Source of the DNA: Eledone cirrhosa
Taxonomy: Eukaryota
Direction: 5' to 3'
DNA length: 64,000 nt
Assembly: GCA_964016885.1 (NCBI GenBank)
Contig: OZ024742.1
Span: 160,084,001-160,148,000, forward strand
The notes under the pieces were generated by a model. That model saw nothing but the letters and a program-made list of their open reading frames with translations. It had not been told where the DNA came from and did not search any database. Shown piece after piece: positions 55,233-64,000 of this stretch (position 1 is its first letter; each line of letters opens with the position of its first letter). A program made the position numbers and the translations under genes.

Positions 55233-55549
55233 CAGTGGTTCCCAACCTTTTGTGCATCATGCCCCACCTCAACATCTAAAATATTGTTATCTCCCCTTTT
55301 GACACGAAAACAGTAATGATCAACTGCAATGTGTAAACAAATTGGTGTATAAGTGGTGCCACATGCACACTAACATATGGAGGAGGTGAGACAGGAGTTT
55401 CTGACAATAATGTGTAGCAAAGTTGCATTGGTGTAAAAGTAATAAAGTAAAACCTGAGGTTTGTTCTCATTAACATCATTTTCAAATGGCCCCCTTAAAT
55501 ATTCAAATTGCCCTCCTGTGGGATGTGCGCCCCACATTGGGAATCACTG
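55233..55549. mobile_element. hAT-Charlie-type MITE
   Basis: TIRs CAGTGGTTCCCAA...TTGGGAATCACTG. 8-bp TSD CTCTAGAC / CACTAGAC resembles the Charlie NTCTAGAN target. Confidence 0.85.
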
Positions 55550-56160
55550 CACTAGACATTTTACTGTTACTTCATCATGACATTTCAATGGGCCTTAGAC
55601 ATGCTTAGCGTGCCCATTTCCTCTGCCAGTTACAGCAGGATACGAAACGTCATGTACCTATTTCAATTGGTATTTGTGAATGTCCATGGTTGCTTTTTGG
55701 GGGCCAATTAATTTTGACGAGGGATCAGCCTGCTGGGGGAAAAGGTAGTGTCCCCACTTTTTTGGTGACAAGAGGTGAGATTTGAAATCAGAATTCACAG
55801 AGGCGGAAACTATCTCATCTAACGATTTACTGATTCGGGCCTATTTATCATACCTGGGTTATTTATCATACCTGGGTTATTTATCATACCTGGGTTATTA
55901 CTTTATTTATCGACCTCGAAAGGATGAACTCATAACGTACAAAGTAAGAAAAGATACCGCAAAGCATTCTGTCTGTCTCTTTAACGACCAACTCACCGTA
56001 GCTGGGCTGGTGCTTTATTTATCAAATTCGAAAGGATGGAAGGCAAAATTGACCACAGTAGAGTTTGAACTCAGAACGCACAGAGCTCGAACAAATACCA
56101 ATGCATTTAGACCGACGCTGTAAACTCTCTGTCAATTCTGTACTTTTCGATATTTGAATA

Positions 56161-56848
56161 CATTTTTTAAGAGAGTCACTCCAAGTAGAGCCGCTACTTC
56201 TCCGAATTGAGTGATCACAGCTCCGGTATTACGGGCATGTGGTTAGAATGTCTCAGAAAAGAATCGCTGGACAGATTTTACGAGCAAAACCAACCGGCAG
56301 GAGACCCAGGGGTAGACCCTGAGCAAGGACCCGCTCGAAGGAATGTTTGAGAATTCTGCTCCCACGACGCTCTCAGGAATAAGTAAGAGAAGAAGAAGAA
56401 GGAGAAGAAGAAGTATTCTAACTTCTGTCATTGCCTATCCTTTCCCACAACTTAGTCATATCTTCATTTATATTGTTTCATCTTTCCTTGGGTTGTTTGT
56501 TTTGACGTTTTTTTTTTGTGTCTTCTCGTCACATACCAAATCTAAATGATTGATGTTTCATTGAAGGTCATGGTAGCAGAGTTCTCAAACGGGTCCTGTC
56601 AGAAGCAATCGTCTCCAACTGATCCGGCTGGATCCCCTTAGCGCGACCAACTAAGCTCATGGATGTTATCCAAACTTTTTGTTCGGGGTCTACACCTGGT
56701 CTCCTGCCGGTTGGTTTTGCTCGTAAAATCTGTCCAGAGATTCTTTCTTTAGATATTCTAACTACATGCCTATAGTATCGGAGCTGTGATCTCTCAATTA
56801 GGAGAAGTCGTGGCCCTACCCGGAGTGACTCTTGTCAAAAATATATTT
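56161..56848. mobile_element. Two RTE 3' fragments in inverted orientation (+ ~56161-56412, - ~56585-56848)
   Basis: Both are homologous to 62700-63000. (AGA)n tail on the plus copy. Confidence 0.8.
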
Positions 56849-56864
56849 AGCAGTATCAGAGCAT

Positions 56865-57137
56865 CGGATTGGTAGAATCATTAGAGCATCGGACATGTTT
56901 TGCGCCATATAGCCGGGGCCCTCTACGTTCTGAGTTCAAATTTTTTCGAGGTTAGCTTTGCCTTCCTAGGTCCTTCCTAGATCGATGAAATAAAGTACCA
57001 GTCAAGTACTGAGGTCGATATAATTGACTTCTCATTCTCCGAAAATTGCTGACCTTGTGCCAAAACTAGAAACCATTATTGTACCAGTAATGTACTGGGT
57101 AATTGCTAGCCTTGTGCTAAAAGTAGAAACAATTATT
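56865..57137 (+). mobile_element. Older SINE with a 51-bp young SINE 3' fragment (57081-57131) in its tail
   Basis: Fragment GTACCAGTAATGTACTGGGTAATTGC...GTAGAAACA flanked by ATTATT. Confidence 0.85.
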
Positions 57138-57229
57138 ATCATCGGCATCCACGTCATCATCATCTTCGCTATCGTCGTCGTCACCATCGTTATTGCAAAT
57201 GCCTCATCGTAATCATCATCAATACCTCT

Positions 57230-57495
<266 letters not shown>

Positions 57496-57910
57496 TGCAG
57501 CTGCTGGGGCGTTGCATTAACTCAGCTCAGTTAGTTAATGTTTATTACTTCAGCAATTTTTTCTTTTTCACTTTCACATATTGTTAGTTTCAGTAAATAC
57601 TTAACGTTTATAATTGTTAATGACAATAACGTGACTCCTGTTACTTAAACAACAACAACAACAACAGTAACAACAACAAAACACAACCAAAACAACAAGA
57701 AAAACAAGAAAACAAAGACAAAATCCCACTACAAAAAACAACAAAAACATCCCTAAAACAGAAACAAAACTCATGCACACAAAAAACAATAACAACAATA
57801 ACAATAAAAACTCAAAATAGCCACAAAAACTGCAAAAACACCAAAAAAATCAAGAAAACAACGACAAAATCCCCTACAAAATAACAACAAAGACACCCAA
57901 ACACCCCCAA

Positions 57911-57951
<41 letters not shown>

Positions 57952-58133
57952 AAACAACAACGACGAAAATCTCCAAAAATAGCAACAAAACACCCACATA
58001 AACAGTAAAACAACAGAAACAACAACACCTTTTCTATTTATATATTAATGGTGTGGCTTGTAGCCAACTTTTTATTTCCTCTCATTCAGTTGATCTTAAT
58101 GTTTTAACTGTATATTTCAAAACATGTTACTTC

Positions 58134-58233
58134 GCTACGGAGTGTATTAAAGGCAGGATGTATGAGTTTTTAGCAAAATCTTATTAATATTATTGCTAAA
58201 AGTCACACATCCTGCCTCTACTCACCCCGTAGC
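58134..58233. repeat. Imperfect inverted repeat, ~42-bp arms
   Basis: GCTACGG...AGGCAGGATGT...TTTTAGCAA / TTGCTAAAA...ACATCCTGCCT...CCGTAGC. Confidence 0.75.
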
Positions 58234-58470
58234 AAAATCTTAACACCCCGAGCGTATGAGCCTATTTTAACCTTGAGTCTGTATGCTGGAGAGAATAGAG
58301 GAGAATGGGACACCTATATATGGTGCCCTTATTGATGAGGGTGATCTCAGATCTGTGAGATTCCTTAATTACCTTTGGGTGATCCCCATCCTGTGTTTTT
58401 CTGTTTACTCATTTTTATGTAAATTCGCACTGTCTTGTTCTTTTCTATTGCCCTTTATGTTTCTGGACAT

Positions 58471-59254
58471 TACTGATAGAATAACTATGTAGCTTGTGTT
58501 TCTTCCTATCTTCGGTTAGCTTTCCCCTGTTTGTTTACTTGACTCACTCACTTTACGCGTTTTAATTGTCCTAATAACTTATTTTAGTTATTATTGCACC
58601 AACGTGAGGTATATGATTTTTAATGCAATGAAATATCAATGACCGTTGACAAATCACTGATGAGGGACTCATTTTATAACATGTTATCCATGTGCAACCA
58701 TGCAGTATTCTTCTCCCCATATTTTTCACATATATTTACCTAAACTGCGATTCTGTTTTTCTCTCTCTCTCTCTTACTGCTCCCTCGTTCTCTCTGTTTC
58801 TCTTACTTTCTTTCGTCCCCTCTGTCATGTCAGTTAACACTTTCTCTCTACTGACCTCTTCCTCGCACTTCCACTCACTCACTCACTGTTTCTCCCCTTC
58901 TCACTTCCCCCCGTTCGCTACGAAAACGATTTCCTTCTTTCTTACATCGGATTCATCGCGAAAGGTCTATTTCTTCCTCGCTCATATATTCACCCAGCTT
59001 ATACTGATAGAATAACTATGTAGCTTGTGTTTCTTCCTATCTTCGGTTAGCTTTCCCCTGTTTGTTTACTTGTCTCACTCGCTTTACGTGTTTTAATTGT
59101 CCTAATAACTTATTTTAGTTATTATTGCACCAACGTGAGGTATATGATTTTTAATGCAATGAAATACCAATGACCGTTGGCAAATCACTGATGAGGGACT
59201 CATTTTATAACATGTTATCCATGTGCAACCATGCAGTATACTTCTCCCCATATT

Positions 59255-59257
<3 letters not shown>
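58471..59257 (+). repeat. Two ~256-bp direct repeats (offset 531 bp) ending in (TA)n; pLTR-like
   Basis: 58471-58726 vs 59002-59257 are highly similar. Each holds ACTGATGAGGGA with a decayed downstream core. Confidence 0.85.
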
Positions 59258-59345
<88 letters not shown>

Positions 59346-59554
59346 GAATCATTTAGAAAAATTAACAAAGAGAGGACAAGACAACGAATGAAAATAAGGC
59401 AAAATGCAAAACAATTTTTTTAAGGGGACAAAAATATATTTTTTGAAAATAAAAATCGGCCGTTGAGATGGACTTTGACAGTTTCGACCCCTACCATATA
59501 TATATAGATAGATAGATAAATATATACGGGTGTGTATGATTGTGTATAGAATAT

Positions 59555-59889
59555 TATATTAATAAGAGGAATTCCAACTTTGTCTGATTTACTCGTTTTA
59601 TTTACAATCCTTTAAAATTTATAATGGTATTATAATGAAATAGTATGATAAAATATTAAATGTTAAGTGTTAATTGAACAAGTACTTTCATGCTTTCGCA
59701 ATCTTCAGGTTCATAATGTGTGGTGACAGTCAAGTTTGCAGTTGAAAATTGCTAACTTGACTGAAAGTACTTGTTCAATTAACACTTAACATTTAATATT
59801 TTATCATACTATTTCATTATAATACCATTATAAATTTTAAAGGATTGTAAATAAAACGAGTAAATCAGACAAAGTTGGAATTCCTCTTA

Positions 59890-59897
<8 letters not shown>
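59555..59897. repeat. Fold-back repeat (136-bp arms, 71-bp spacer) with a hammerhead at 59675-59713 (-)
   Basis: Arms 59555-59690 and 59762-59897. Minus strand reads tgaac-CTGAAGA-ttgcgaaagcat-GAAAgtacTT-gttca. Confidence 0.92.
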
Positions 59898-59972
<75 letters not shown>

Positions 59973-60529
59973 ACGATGTTCAGACCTAGAGAAAGATGGG
60001 CTTTGCCGGGTTTAAATGACCATGACACTTAGTTGTGCCGATACGATTCATTTGGTGTTCAGGGTTCATGGATGGTTATCTAGTTATAGATTCTCAATTA
60101 AATCTGTTTTAATATAAATCCTTACAACATTTGATTCATTCGTCTTGTTTTCATGATGGGTATAAACTGAATACTTTTCAATCTTCTGATGGTCATTTCC
60201 TCATTATAAAGGCAGTTTCTCACATTTTCTTTCCCACACCCTATTTCTTTTGAAACTCCTGACAAGTGCTTGCTTTGGAACTGGTTACTTGCAGGCTTGT
60301 TGGGAGTGATGTCCAATAATAACAAATGTATTTTCTTGAAGGAAATTTATTCAATCTTTGCTGTAATGTACCGTTCAGTCATCGTCAACTATTTGAATAA
60401 TTTTCTGTCTCCAGCTCCTGGATTAAATAAATAGCTTAACCCATTCGTTACCATGTTTTCAAATGAAAAGTACTGGTTATGATAGCCCCACTTCATATTT
60501 GAACACAGCCGATATTTTCCAGCCCCCTG

Positions 60530-60860
60530 CTTTCGACCAATCATCAAAACGACACCAAGATACTTGAACTTCTCCACCTGCTTCAGTGGAACATCATTCG
60601 CGTGCAGAGTGCACAGTGCAGGCTTCCTTGAGAGGACAAGTGTCTCAGTCTTCGGAACACTGATTTTCACTTTTGCCATGCAGTACTCGGCAGCAAGCCT
60701 ATCAAACGAATGTCGGAGATCACCTTTAGACGAGTTAAGTAGTACCATGCCGTCTCAAAATTCTAGCTCACTGATCCTTACACCCACCAATCATCATACA
60801 GCTTCCAGCCTGGCTGCGCATGTCAACCTTATACATGATGATTGTGAACAGGAGAGCTGA
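60530..60860 (-). mobile_element. RTE-clade RT fragment
   Basis: KISVPKTETLVL...LKQVEKFKYLGV. Confidence 0.8.
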
Positions 60861-61242
60861 CAGTACGCAGCTTTGGCGGAGTCCGACATCCACATTGAAT
60901 GATTTCCTACATAGCACCATTTATCTGAACAGAAATACAATGGCATTCGTATAGGAACTTCACGGCAACGAGAAGCTCTCCATCTCATACTCTAATCACA
61001 CTTCAATTTGCAAGAAAATAAGAGAGTAGTACGAAATAAGAAAAATACGTTATTTAAAAACCTTATTCGTAGAATCAACAACAATAAGAAATACATAAAA
61101 GAAAACAACAAAAAAGAAAAAAAAATGAAATGAAACGTATCAGGTATCCCGTATTTCAAGAGTTCATTTATTTCTCTTTCTTTTAATTTTGTGTTCTTCA
61201 TAAGAATTAGATAGAAATAATCTGCCAAGCGGATGTTACGTT

Positions 61243-61273
<31 letters not shown>

Positions 61274-61327
61274 ATATATATATATGTAAAATAACATATA
61301 TATATATATATATAATACATACATATA

Positions 61328-61381
<54 letters not shown>

Positions 61382-61644
61382 ATAACTGTAGAACTGCATT
61401 CCGTTTGTAATGAGGTTTTTAATTTAACATAATCGTGCAAATTCATTTACTGAGATGGCATCAGATTGAAAGGGATACTATTTTCAGAGAGATGATTCTT
61501 AATACATGTCAGCATGGGGTAGTCTATCTCAGTAGCTATGATATTGTTAGAAGCTGTAATAAAACAACATACTGAATTATTCAGAATTTGTTTGTACGTG
61601 GTTGAGTGCAAAACAAGGTAAAGGTGATTTTGTTGTTGTTACTA

Positions 61645-62420
61645 ATGGTTTTTAATTTGGGCACAAGGCCTGTAATATTTTGTCTGTGAGATGGCGGGGT
61701 GGCGCACAATCAGTTAAATCGGCCCAAGTACGGGTATTTTATTTTATCAATCCCGGGAGGATAAATGTTAAAGCTGCACTTGGCAGGATTTAGACTCAGA
61801 GAGAGAGAGGGAGAGAAAGAGAAATAGATAGAAAGACAGAGAGAGAAGAAGAAGTCGATTACAGCGGCATCAGTTCTTGACTGGTGCTCTATTTTATCGA
61901 TCTGGAAGGATAAAAGGTATAGTTGACCTTCGTGGGATTTGAACTCAATTCGTGAAGATTGAGGACTGATACCGGAAAGAATTTTGTTCGACTTTCTAAT
62001 GATTCTTCCAGCCAGCCTCCCATAATTTTGTTAATAATTGTTTCTACTTTTGGCACAAGACCAGCAATTACCCAGTGCATTACTGGTACTTTATTTTATC
62101 GACCCCGTAAGGATGAAAGGCAAAGTTAACCTCGGCGGGATTTGAACTCAGAATGGCAAGGGCCGTAACTCTATGCGTCAAAGCATGGCGTCCGACCCTC
62201 TACCGATACTGCCAATAATGATGGTTTCTAAGTTTTGTTCAAGGCCAGCAATCTGTAGAGAATGGAAAGTCAATAATATCGGTCCAGTATGTGACTGGTA
62301 CTTTTTCTTATTGACCTCGGAAGGATGAACGGCAAAGTTGACCTCAGCAGGATTTGAACTAGAAGGTAAAGAACCGTAATTAAAGCTGCAAAGAATTTTG
62401 TCGATGCTCTAATTCGGCCC
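61645..62420 (-). mobile_element. Cluster of four same-strand SINEs, including a young copy at 62039-62213
   Basis: Repeated GGATTTGAACT B-boxes. The young copy is nearly identical to 290-472 and flanked by AATAAT. Confidence 0.85.
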
Positions 62421-63003
62421 CGTGTCTTCCCTTACTCATGACGAAAGGCAAGAGGCTGAATTAAATGCAAGAATTATAGAAGCTGGTGCATTAATTCGCC
62501 AGCTTCAGCACTCGGTAATAAGAAGAGAAGTAGGTGTAAAAGCCAAACTCACCATATACAATTCGGTGTTCGTGCCAATCCTTACGTATAGTCAAGAATC
62601 TGGGGCGATGACTGAAAGAATACGATTGTGAATACATGGTCGAAATGGGGTCCTCCGAAAGGATTTTAGAATGACATTACTCGATATGATACGTAGCTCA
62701 GAAATCAGGGAGTCGGTTCAGGTAGAGCCACTACTTCTCCGAATGGAGAGATTACAGTTCCCATACTACGAACATGCAATTAGAATCGCTGGACAGATTT
62801 AACGGGAAAAAACCAACCGGCAGAGACCCTGAGGCTGACCACGAGCAAGATGTTTGGATAACATCCATGGATTCGACTGGTCTCGTTTTAGGGATCCAGC
62901 TGGATCAATTGGAGACGGTTGCAAATGATAGGACTCTCTGAAAGGCGTGTCTGAAGACTCTGCTCCCACGATTCTCACATGAATAAGAGGGCGAAGAAGA
63001 AAA
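62420..63003 (+). mobile_element. RTE-clade LINE 3' fragment
   Basis: ELNARI...KAKLTIYNSVFVPILTYSQES; ends in GAAGAAGA. Confidence 0.85.
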
Positions 63004-63177
63004 ACCTCTAACGACTCTGCCAATTCATCAACTTCTGTTGTTGTTAATAATAATAGCGATAGAAATACCTTGAAGCCTGCGTAGAAAATATACTAAATTG
63101 TGGCATACTGAACAAGTGAAAAACCTACTAGTCACTTCGAATTCAAATGATTTTCATTGGTTATATAATATTTGAAG

Positions 63178-63330
63178 GGCGGCGAATTGGCAAAATCGTT
63201 AGAACATCGGATAGAATGTTTTATGGTATTCGTCTTTGCTCTCTGCGCTGATTCAACTTTGTTTTTCATCCATTCCCATTCGAGTTCCTTAAAAAGGTAC
63301 CTGTCCAGCATTGGAGTCGATTCTTCCACA
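63178..63330 (+). mobile_element. Degenerate SINE
   Basis: GGCGGCGAATTGGCAAAATCGTTAGA head and GTACC...GGAGTCGAT body. Confidence 0.6.
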
Positions 63331-64000
63331 CATACTCTATACCTCTCTCATTCTCCTTCCCTAGAAGAAATCAACTAGGTTCAGATATGATGTATGTCAT
63401 GACGGCGTCCTCTACGACACCATCAAGAATTACGGATCCATACATAATAGTTGAAATGTAGCTGGCTAATACATTGAGGACATGAACAAATGTGGACGGG
63501 GAACTAGTTCATATCCTGATTGATTCTAATTAGCATGAAATCACTTACTGAACTTTAGGTCCATGGTACCGCTACGAAAGTCACCACTGCTTCTCCTACC
63601 CAGCTAGTCTTATGCCACCTCCACTTAGATATTCCCGATTCACTTAGATCGCTACCCATTTAGTATAAATCCTTCCACACGCACCACATGAATGACCACA
63701 TCCAGTCGAAAGAATTAATATAAAAAAAATCTCTAAAACGAGTTTATTAATTCAGATGAGAAGCTAGTAGTAAAACTTTGCATTAGACTAAAGACTTTAA
63801 TTTTTAAGGTGATGCAGCTAGAGTGCTGTTTTGTACTTTTTAAGAATGTCTTGCTAATGCAGTACGGGACGTTAAAAAGTTAATAACTTTTAACACCTTG
63901 TAATGATTTTGTAGAAATGCCAAAGAACGTGTTTAATTCAAATATTTACAGTATCATTACTAGTGGAGAGATCATTGTGATAATTTGCGCCAGCAGACCT

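Noticed and set aside
55843-55898. 18-bp x3 tandem repeat ATTTATCATACCTGGGTT as a regulatory array
   Set aside because: Short local slippage beside a decayed SINE, with no supporting context.
60122-60390. Tc1/mariner transposase remnant on the minus strand
   Set aside because: Only a vague resemblance with many stops, and no TIRs were found.
60530-63003. Twin-priming inversion joining the RTE(-) and RTE(+) fragments
   Set aside because: The geometry fits, but the overlapping bases are quite diverged and 1.5 kb separates the pieces. They are more likely separate copies.

Overview
AT-rich, microsatellite-rich eukaryotic DNA. The SINE style suggests an octopus or other cephalopod, but that is an inference. 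Bases 1 to ~33,095 are a ~37-bp satellite array (consensus TAATCTAAAGACACTGTGTCATCTGGTGGTCTGTCTT) with two internal dyads per monomer, nested higher-order duplications (offsets 1560, 3353, 7123 and 1891 bp) and three tRNA-derived SINE insertions. The right half is mostly transposon remains: a 5'-truncated Tx1/L1-clade LINE, a Penelope-like element (RT + GIY-YIG), CRE and RTE fragments, two hAT MITEs and many SINEs, plus one unexplained 216-aa hydrophobic ORF. Main signals: (i) four unrelated fold-back palindromes next to (TA)n that each carry a hammerhead-ribozyme-like motif; (ii) a young SINE subfamily that inserts repeatedly at ATTA(T/A)TT, including a rare satellite variant and mirror positions in a palindrome at the ribozyme core; (iii) 3'-end similarity between that SINE and the Tx1 LINE. 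All calls were made by eye, with no searches or folding runs.
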